A DNA stretch of 32,000 nucleotides from Nitrosospira multiformis ATCC 25196. GTDB lineage: Bacteria; Pseudomonadota; Gammaproteobacteria; Burkholderiales; Nitrosomonadaceae. The stretch lies in the NCBI RefSeq assembly GCF_000196355.1, contig NC_007614.1, forward strand, positions 1,440,001 through 1,472,000. The letters are read 5' to 3'. Shown here piece after piece: positions 25,971-32,000 of the stretch. The notes under the pieces were generated by a model, which did no database searches, was not told the origin of the DNA, and was given only the letters and a program-made list of their open reading frames with translations. The position numbers and the translations under genes were made by a program. The first letter of the stretch is position 1, and every line of letters starts with the position of its first letter.

Positions 25971-26321
25971 TTACTTCCGCATATCATAAATCTCGTCCCC
26001 CACCACCATCTTGACATCATAAAATGATTTTCCTTTGGAAGTGATTTTCCTGGTAAGAATTATGGCTGTCGGCCTATAGACATATTGATACCCATATTCC
26101 GCGCAAGTAAGGGATGTGTTGTCGTCAAACACGATCACGCGACCGTGGTCACACCCTTCGAACGTATCATTACCTTTTTCGTCGTCATACCATCGGTTTA
26201 TAGTTTTGCTTGCAGTAATTGTATAACCGACCAAGTCATTGAAATCATCCGCAAGTTTGGCATATGTCGGTAGTACTGCAAGGGAAAATATGAGGACAAA
26301 TATAAGCGAGAATATTTTCAT
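25971..26321 (-). CDS. Secreted hypothetical protein (116 aa), islet-borne
   Basis: It has a clear signal peptide, MKIFSLIFVLIFSLAVLPTYA. The mature part contains two Cys (GCDHGRVIVFDDNTSLTCAEYGY). I do not recognise a family. Confidence 0.6.
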   Translation of the reverse strand: MKIFSLIFVLIFSLAVLPTYAKLADDFNDLVGYTITASKTINRWYDDEKGNDTFEGCDHGRVIVFDDNTSLTCAEYGYQYVYRPTAIILTRKITSKGKSFYDVKMVVGDEIYDMRK

Positions 26322-26456
26322 GTGCGATTCTTTCTCCTGCAGTATTGCTTAGGATTAAGAGCCGGCCGCAGGCATCACCCTGCTATCCAGGGTAGATAGA
26401 CTTGGACTATTGGGTAAACGGTGCAGGGGAGATCCTGTACTATGAGCTCATAGGGA

Positions 26457-26654
26457 TCAATAGTCCGTCAATAGATCGACAGTAACTTCCAGGGTAGAGG
26501 CGATACAGGACAATACCTTTATTGCTCCTGCGCGCTTTCTATTTTCCATCTGACTCAAAAATGCTTTGCTAATTCCGCTTCGATGAGTTGGTTGGTAAAG
26601 TATCCGGCGAGGGGATTGCTCACTCCTCAACCTCTTCCCCGAACTTGTCAGCAA
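26457..26654 (-). CDS. Short XRE-family helix-turn-helix protein (degenerate)
   Basis: 65 aa. ...GKRLRSEQ...SGISKAFLSQMENRKRAGAIKVLSCIASTLEVTVDLL follows the HTH_XRE pattern (G.S...LS..E.G.R.......L..IA..L.V....LL). It overlaps the upstream gene by 35 nt. Confidence 0.5.
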   Translation of the reverse strand: MLTSSGKRLRSEQSPRRILYQPTHRSGISKAFLSQMENRKRAGAIKVLSCIASTLEVTVDLLTDY

Positions 26655-26964
26655 CGAAGCAGCGCATTGCAGCCATTAGAGGGGTTTCGCCTACCGCGAA
26701 TAGACTGTCCTGCTTTAATTCCTTCGGTATTTCTGCGTACCACGAACCATCAATTCTGGGCAAAATGCCTATCTTCTCCCTCTTAATAATCGGCCCACCT
26801 TGTGACCAGTCGGTGGAGGGGGAATATTCCTCCCATGCGGTGAGGCTGATCTCTTGGCACTTAGTCATCACCGGTACATATCGTCTTGCTGACACAATCC
26901 TGCCTTCAGCCTTCGCCACAAAAAAATCCAGTTCTGAACCTGTAAGGTCAGAAACTTTTTTCAT
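26620..26964 (-). CDS. DUF2591 / phage NinX-like protein
   Basis: 114 aa. MKKVSDLTGSELDFFVAKAEG ... YSPSTDWSQGGPIIKREKI ... GETPLMAAMRCFVADKFGEEV matches the conserved blocks I recall for DUF2591 (LTG.ELD.WVAKAEG, PSTDW.QGGPIIE, PL.AAMRA.VASKFG). Confidence 0.7.
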   Translation of the reverse strand: MKKVSDLTGSELDFFVAKAEGRIVSARRYVPVMTKCQEISLTAWEEYSPSTDWSQGGPIIKREKIGILPRIDGSWYAEIPKELKQDSLFAVGETPLMAAMRCFVADKFGEEVEE

Positions 26965-27192
26965 AATGAAGCTCCTCTGTTAGCATCCTTTCAACACTCT
27001 ATCCCACCTGTATTCTCATCCATAGCAATAATCCAAGATTCAACAAAGAAAAAACCACGTAACCCGATTCTGCACATATGTATCAATGGCCGATCTGCCG
27101 CTAATCGTTTGGTGTAGGACAAGCTGATCGATTGGTTGCGCATATTTTTGCCTCGGCCCTTGAGCTCCCTGTTCTCCTTGTTCCGTGCCGGA

Positions 27193-27226
27193 GGTTGCTT
27201 ATAAGTCATTTGACTTATAAGCAACC
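27193..27226. repeat. 34-bp perfect palindrome GGTTGCTTATAAGTCA-TT-TGACTTATAAGCAACC
   Basis: Read directly: 16-bp arms with a 2-bp centre. It lies in the ~570-bp gap between the divergent DUF2591 gene (start 26964) and the T1SS substrate gene (start 27532), and is followed by CCTTTTGCC. Confidence 0.9.
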
Positions 27227-27531
27227 CCTTTTGCCATGGGACTTTTCTCACCTAGGAAAAGGGAGGTTTTACTCATGATTTCTTCTCCTTCCAAAAGTAC
27301 TCTGAAATCAATAGAACATGATGAAAGAAAGGATCAGCGGATCAACGCTTGGATCATCACTTTCTCGAAGAAATGCGTTTTGAGCTTGCCGACCTGTCTT
27401 CGAATGATTGCATATACATTTTTGCCCGCTCTCCGCTGATAACGGAATTGGCAGAGTTCTCTGGAGGATCAGGGTGAAACTAAAGTAAGCCGGCACACTG
27501 GGCACTTTCACTGAGAAAAGGAGAAAGCAAA

Positions 27532-28971
27532 ATGCTACAAGTTACGACAAACAATGTTAATACGACTCTCGACGAAACAGCCGGATTGCAAAACTTCACT
27601 TCCAGCTCTTCCGCAGGGGATAAGGATGATAATGATATCCTTGTATCATCCCTTCCTTCGACGTTTTCTGGTCGGCTCGGTGTTCTGGGAGCGAATACTT
27701 CATCTGCAATTGGCGCTGCCCTGAGCGGCTATACGGGCGCAGCCGGGGACATGGGCAGCAATGTCATCAGCGTGACAGGCTCGACCGGCGCCACCATCAC
27801 TGATCTTGGTTTTGTCGGCAGCACTGGCAATCCCCTCAGCGGAGTGGATAGCGGGCTTGACACTGTCAATGGCACGAGCATATTACTGTATACCGATACG
27901 GCGAATAATAATATCGTCCTCGGTCGTGCAGGGGCTGCGGATGGTCAGATCGTGTTCGCGCTTTATCTGGAGGAAACCGGATCACCGGTATCGGGGGCCA
28001 AGATATGGTCTGTGCAATATGCTCCCCTCAGGAACCCGAATGCCGCGAATCCCGATGACGCGGTTGATCTGGCCAACCAGGTTTTCGTCGCTGCAAGCCA
28101 GAATCTGGAATTCAGTCTTGCAGGCGCGCCTTCGGGACAGAACCTGTTCCTGATGTTCACCGTTGCCAATCCGACAACCCAGGATGTCGGCGGCGTTACC
28201 CGGATCACCGATCCCGCCATCATTGCTACCGGGAAGGATCCGGCCAACCAGTCTACCGGGGTCAATATAACCACGGGGGACACGATCAATACCAGCCAGG
28301 CAGGGGGACCCACCACCTTCGGCACCAACAGCCAGATGATAACCGAGCAGGAAGGCATCCGGTTTTCGTTCGTTACGGGCGCCCGGCAGAATGTGACCAT
28401 TCCCAATCTGGACCAGAATGAGGCCGATGTCGAGTCCAATATCGATTTCACCGGTGTTTTCAATGCCAGGTCGGCTACTTTCGACGTCGTTCAGTTGCAA
28501 TCGGGCAAGAGTGCGGTCGTCCAGGTCAGCGCCTTCAGTACAGCGGCTGAACCCGGCGCAAATTTCATTGATGGGTATACGGGAGATACTCCTGTCGGCA
28601 TCAACCATATCAAAGTCTCGCAAGGTACAACTGTCCTCATCGATACCAGTACCGGTGGAACAGCCAATGGCGTAACAGTAGCTTTCAATGGCGGAGTCGC
28701 GACCATCTCCGGAGTAAAAGCCGGTTACAACATTGAATACACCACGGTCGGCGATCACAACCGCGTGCTTGTCGAAAACGGGGCTGCGCTTAACGCAAGC
28801 GGTAATACTCATGCCGATTTCGATATCGGCGGCTTCAGGCTGCTCCAGGTATCCACCGCAACTACCGAAGTTGGCACCCATGTAAGATTTGAGGACGACG
28901 GGCCGAGCATCAGCACCACGGGCACGGAGCCCGGCCTGACGGTGGACGAGACCAACCTGGCCTGGCGGTGA
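27532..28971 (+). CDS. Type I secretion substrate, N-terminal part (DUF5801 / T1SS-143-repeat-like large secreted protein); reading frame interrupted at 28969
   Basis: An AAGGAG SD lies 9 nt upstream. The product has no signal peptide and is rich in Thr/Gly/Asn/Val. A TLDETAGLQN...DDND opening recurs as ...FEDDGPSISTTGTEPGLTVDETNLA at the end, where the frame hits TGA in the middle of a repeat unit. Confidence 0.8.
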   Translation: MLQVTTNNVNTTLDETAGLQNFTSSSSAGDKDDNDILVSSLPSTFSGRLGVLGANTSSAIGAALSGYTGAAGDMGSNVISVTGSTGATITDLGFVGSTGNPLSGVDSGLDTVNGTSILLYTDTANNNIVLGRAGAADGQIVFALYLEETGSPVSGAKIWSVQYAPLRNPNAANPDDAVDLANQVFVAASQNLEFSLAGAPSGQNLFLMFTVANPTTQDVGGVTRITDPAIIATGKDPANQSTGVNITTGDTINTSQAGGPTTFGTNSQMITEQEGIRFSFVTGARQNVTIPNLDQNEADVESNIDFTGVFNARSATFDVVQLQSGKSAVVQVSAFSTAAEPGANFIDGYTGDTPVGINHIKVSQGTTVLIDTSTGGTANGVTVAFNGGVATISGVKAGYNIEYTTVGDHNRVLVENGAALNASGNTHADFDIGGFRLLQVSTATTEVGTHVRFEDDGPSISTTGTEPGLTVDETNLAWR

Positions 28972-30686
28972 ACGACACGAAGAGTTTTGCTGCCAACTTC
29001 ACTTCCGCGTTTGGAGCGGACGGTGCAGGCACGCTGACCTATGCGCTGGGCATCAGCCTTGCGGGAGTGGACTCGGGGCTGGTGGACACTGCCACCGGCG
29101 AGCACGTATTCCTGTTCCTGAATGGGGGGGTGGTGCAAGGCCTTGCAGGCGGTTCCGGCGGTCCCGTTGTATTCACGGTGAGCGTCAATGGCACTACGGG
29201 CGACGTGACGCTCGACCAGCAGCGAGCGGTGGTGCATCCTGACACGACCAATCCGGATGATTCGAAGACCTTGTCGGCGGACAACCTGGTGACGTTGACG
29301 GGGACCATCACAGACAAGGACGGCGACAGTCAGAGCGCAGTGCTCAACATCGGGCAGAACCTGACGTTCAAGGACGACGGGCCGACGCTCAATTTCGGCA
29401 ACCTGGTAGGCACGGGTACCATTGCCCCGCAATATGGGGAATGGATGCCGTTTGTTGGAGCCGATCAACCGGGCAACCTGGACATTTCCTTGAATCAATT
29501 CCAGCTCGTGCGGCCAGACGGCACGGTAGTCAGCGGATCGAGCTTCACATTCAATGAGCTGGCGAGTTCTCCAAATGCCTCCGGCGACTACCTCTTCCAG
29601 GGGACACTGACCGCGGATTTCGACAACAATGCCAGCACGCCCGATACGACCACGGGCTTCACCCTTACCGCGTTGCACGATGGCCGCTATGTTTTTGACC
29701 TCGACCAAGGGTTCGGTTCGACGATCACGTTCAGCAGTGCCAATGGTTCTCTCGATGCAGGAGGGCCGGATCCGGTGCGGACATTGACTATCCCTCCGGA
29801 CGAGCAAGTGGTCTTTTTCGGGGTGCAGGCCACCACCTCCGATGCCAATATACTATCCGCCATCGGACTGGGGGAACCCGATCTGACCGAGGCACAGATT
29901 CAATCAGGAGGTTTTTCATTCCTTGGCACTGCGAACATGAATGTCAGCACCGCCGGTATAGGGATTGGTAATAACAACCTTGATGGAAATACAACGGCAG
30001 GAATAAACGCCGGCGATGAAAGCTTTGTTGTCAATCCCGAAACCTTGCTGACCGGCATGAAGGTGTTCATCGACAACTCGGTGGGAGGTTATGATCCCTC
30101 GACAGAGGAGTTGTACTACAAGATCTTCTACGATGATGGCACCAATTCAGGCAACATAAAGGTAGGGAGTACAGATCTATCGGCAGCGGCAGGGGGACAG
30201 AAATCCTTCATGATCGAGACTGAAGGCTCCAAGTTGATCGACTCCGTTCAGCTCACGATGGGTAAGGGCACGGTGAAGATCCCGGTGATCGAGTTCATCA
30301 AGTCGACCGAAAATCTTGCCAGCGATATCAAGCTGGGTTTTACGGCCTCGCTGACGGATGCCGATGGTGACAAGGCAACCAGCAACTTCTCGACTAACCT
30401 GTTCGCCAATGACCTGGGCGGAACGTTTGACTATACACTGATCGGCGCCCCCAATGACCTCGATGGCTTCGACGTGGATCTTTCGGCCACCCAGGATTCC
30501 TACCGGATCGAGAATTTCGACGAACCGCAGGACACCCTGTTCCTTCTCAACGGTACTGGCGCAACCGTTTCGATAAACAATGCCGGAACGGACAGCATCG
30601 TTTCCGTAGCCGAGGCAGGCGGGCAAACAACGGACATCACCGTTGTAGGTGTCCACCTCCAGGCGGCTGACGTAGTGCTCGTCTAG
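28968..30686 (+). CDS. Type I secretion substrate, C-terminal part (continues the DUF5801-like repeat; C-terminal T1SS targeting region)
   Basis: It begins ..NDTKSFAANFTSAFGADGAGTLTYALGI..GVDSGLVDTATGEHVFLFLNGGVVQG...TGTITDKDGDSQSAVLNIGQNLTFKDDGPTL, the T1SS-143/DUF5801 pattern. The acidic, uncleaved C-terminus is ...SYRIENFDEPQDTLFLLNG...VVGVHLQAADVVLV. Its frame is open upstream of the GTG at 28968. Confidence 0.8.
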   Translation: MNDTKSFAANFTSAFGADGAGTLTYALGISLAGVDSGLVDTATGEHVFLFLNGGVVQGLAGGSGGPVVFTVSVNGTTGDVTLDQQRAVVHPDTTNPDDSKTLSADNLVTLTGTITDKDGDSQSAVLNIGQNLTFKDDGPTLNFGNLVGTGTIAPQYGEWMPFVGADQPGNLDISLNQFQLVRPDGTVVSGSSFTFNELASSPNASGDYLFQGTLTADFDNNASTPDTTTGFTLTALHDGRYVFDLDQGFGSTITFSSANGSLDAGGPDPVRTLTIPPDEQVVFFGVQATTSDANILSAIGLGEPDLTEAQIQSGGFSFLGTANMNVSTAGIGIGNNNLDGNTTAGINAGDESFVVNPETLLTGMKVFIDNSVGGYDPSTEELYYKIFYDDGTNSGNIKVGSTDLSAAAGGQKSFMIETEGSKLIDSVQLTMGKGTVKIPVIEFIKSTENLASDIKLGFTASLTDADGDKATSNFSTNLFANDLGGTFDYTLIGAPNDLDGFDVDLSATQDSYRIENFDEPQDTLFLLNGTGATVSINNAGTDSIVSVAEAGGQTTDITVVGVHLQAADVVLV

Positions 30687-30699
30687 CCAGCATTTGCCG

Positions 30700-30729
30700 G
30701 GCAAGCCAGGTATTCAAACCTGGCTTGCC
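30700..30729 (+). terminator. Hairpin GGCAAGCCAGGT-ATTCAA-ACCTGGCTTGCC downstream of the T1SS substrate gene
   Basis: A perfect 12-bp stem with a 6-nt loop, 14 nt after the stop at 30686. The downstream T-rich tract is interrupted (CACTTTCCTGTGTTTAT). Confidence 0.6.
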
Positions 30730-31006
30730 TGGGCACTTTCCTGTGTTTATCCGATCTTTCCTGAAAAAGGAAAGCTGCTGAAGCTTTGCATATTCTGGGG
30801 TGAGATCACAGCTTGGCATCTCTTCGAATCCTTGGCCCCATACCGCACTCCTGCTTCATGCCTGCTACCGGTACTGCCATCCCTGAACGAACTCATTCTC
30901 TAACCAATTCCGCCGCATGGTGCTGTCTATGTTGTTTATCGCACAGAGGAGCATCAATGAAACCATGAAAAATACCGCTTGAGCCGTTGCCTTCGAGCCA
31001 GAAAAC

Positions 31007-31745
31007 ATGGATGAACAACATTCTGCTCCTATCCGCGTTCTGTTGATCGGTGCCTATCCCATCGTGCTTCTTGGGCTGAAGAACCTGATCGAGAGCCAAG
31101 GGGAGAGAATGAAAATGGCGGGCCAGTTCACGCGCTACTCTCTGCCCATCCCGGAACTTGAGGAACTGACGCCGGATGTGATTGTGATCGACCCCGACCA
31201 GGAGCCGAGGGAAGGCATGGAGGCAATGCGGATGCTGGTCAAAGCTTGTGGGGCCAGGATCATGGTTTTCAGCACGTTTTGCGACCCCCTTACTTGCAAC
31301 GAGGCCATCCTCAAGGGAGCCATGGGTCTCGTCGGAAAACAGGAACCGTTGGAGATCATTCCGAAAGCGATCGAAAAGATTCACGAAGGACAATTCTGGC
31401 TTAACCGCACAAATACATACCGGAAAGCTCATACACCAGCTCAGGGATGCTCAATCGCCCGAAGCTCCTGGCTGGGAGGAGCCGAAAATAAGGGCCCTTA
31501 CGACGAGGGAGAGAACCGTCGTCGCGACCGTTGTCTCGAACACTGAAGCCCCCTTCAAGGTCATCGCCGATATGATGCATATCAGCGAACGCACCTTGCG
31601 CAATCATTTGAGTTCCATCTATGAAAAACTGAGTCTTAGCAATCGCCTCGGTCTTTTGGCCTACGCGCGGAAGCATGGGTTAGAAGAAGACCAGGCCCCT
31701 CCTGAAAAGATATGGAGAAGTTTCGCCAGGGAAGGCAAGGATTGA
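31007..31745 (+). pseudogene. LuxR/FixJ (NarL)-family response regulator with an apparent +1 frameshift between the receiver and HTH domains
   Basis: The REC domain is in frame 2 (IRVLLIGAYPIVLLGL...DVIVIDPD...IMVFSTF...GLVGKQEP...IEKIHEGQFWL). The LuxR HTH is in frame 0 (LTTRERTVVATVVSNTEAPFKVIADMMHISERTLRNHLSSIYEKLSLSNRLGLLAYARKHGL). The 739-nt span is 3n+1, and no start codon is usable for a separate HTH ORF. Confidence 0.75.
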
Positions 31746-32000
31746 ATGAGTTACAAGCTCAGAATCCCGAAAACGGAAATAGCTCGGGCTTTGGCCGATT
31801 TCAAGGGTGCTTTCAGGACCGTAGGGGTTTTCAGCGCGATCATCAATCTGTTGCTGCTGGTTCCGGCCCTGTACATGCTGCAGGTGTACGACCGGGTGCT
31901 CGCCAGCAGGAATGAAACCACCTTGCTGATGCTGACCTTGCTTGCGCTGGGTGCGTTTCTGTTCATGAGTGCACTGGAGCTCGTACGCAGCTTTATTCTC
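31746..32000 (+). CDS. Type I secretion system permease/ATPase (PrtD/AprD-type ABC exporter), 5' part; continues beyond the window end
   Basis: Absent from the track because it runs off the window. [85 protein letters not shown] carries the hallmark [21 protein letters not shown]-terminus of PrtD-family T1SS ABC proteins. The ATG directly follows the LuxR stop (TGAATG). Confidence 0.85.
   Translation, partial: MSYKLRIPKTEIARALADFKGAFRTVGVFSAIINLLLLVPALYMLQVYDRVLASRNETTLLMLTLLALGAFLFMSALELVRSFIL

Larger units (their letters stand above)
24829..27531. mobile_element. Degraded integrative islet at the 3' side of tRNA-Cys (AT-rich; integrase relic, phage-type small genes)
   Basis: There is an abrupt shift to visibly AT-rich sequence right after the tRNA. 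The patch holds an integrase C-terminal fragment, a DUF2591/NinX-like gene, a short XRE HTH gene, orphan ORFs and long non-coding gaps. I found no intact recombinase and no att direct repeat in the window. Confidence 0.45.

Noticed and set aside
26991-27251. 86-aa minus-strand ORF spanning the 34-bp palindrome
   Set aside because: The reading frame runs straight through a perfect palindrome. It has no SD and an implausible sequence, so the palindrome is more likely a DNA- or RNA-level element.
27260-27440. Possible HTH/sigma region-4-like fragment on the minus strand (...RYQRRAGKNVYAIIRRQVGKLKTHFFEKV...)
   Set aside because: It is only about 44 codons between stops, has no start codon, and the resemblance is vague. 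At most it is another gene relic, and I cannot support it from sequence alone.
27982-29807. 299-aa and 332-aa ORFs antisense to the T1SS substrate gene
   Set aside because: These are shadow frames of a repeat-rich, GC-rich gene. They have no SD or motifs and are Arg/Gly-rich.
30893-31432. 179-aa ORF antisense to the LuxR-type regulator
   Set aside because: The sense strand encodes a clearly recognisable REC domain, whereas the antisense product has no recognisable features.
1-32000. CRISPR arrays, rRNA genes, IS elements or transposases, reverse transcriptases, restriction-modification or other known defence genes
   Set aside because: I looked for regularly spaced direct repeats, terminal inverted repeats flanking ORFs, and characteristic motifs (DDE, YxDD, Walker-type defence ATPases outside norQ). 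None were found.

Overview
The window looks like a proteobacterial chromosomal segment: mostly core genes at moderate-to-high GC, plus one visibly AT-richer accessory patch. A beta-proteobacterial, Nitrosomonadales-like origin is only an inference from gene content. Left to right: (1) the 5' part of an APC amino-acid permease (-). (2) A complete cNOR nitric-oxide reductase operon norC-norB-norQ-norD (-). Its NorC carries an extra C-terminal mono-heme cytochrome c domain, and a 43-aa single-TM ORF precedes it. (3) Small periplasmic or hypothetical genes. (4) Two intact PEP-CTERM (exosortase-sorted) proteins and one orphan PEP-CTERM tail relic, flanking a TonB-dependent transducer-type receptor. 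One PEP-CTERM gene has a consensus sigma-54 promoter. (5) Housekeeping genes: cstA plus a ybdD-like gene, 3-methyladenine glycosylase, an EamA transporter, an OprO/P-like porin, efp, a uracil-DNA glycosylase superfamily gene, a 4-OT tautomerase, uvrC and pgsA. (6) tRNA-Gly(GCC) and tRNA-Cys(GCA) behind a consensus sigma-70 promoter. (7) Directly after tRNA-Cys, a ~2.7 kb AT-rich islet with a decayed integrase fragment, a DUF2591/NinX-like gene, a short XRE HTH gene, orphan ORFs and a 34-bp perfect palindrome. (8) The start of a type I secretion locus. It contains a ~1050-aa DUF5801/T1SS-143-like secreted protein split by a 1-nt frameshift, a LuxR-type response regulator that is also frameshifted and lacks the acidic pocket pair, and the 5' end of a PrtD-type ABC exporter. 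I found no CRISPR array, rRNA, intact transposase or recognisable defence system. The most unusual items are the NorC-cytochrome c fusion with its small TM ORF, the sigma-54-driven PEP-CTERM genes, the tRNA-Cys islet with its palindrome, and the twice-frameshifted T1SS locus.
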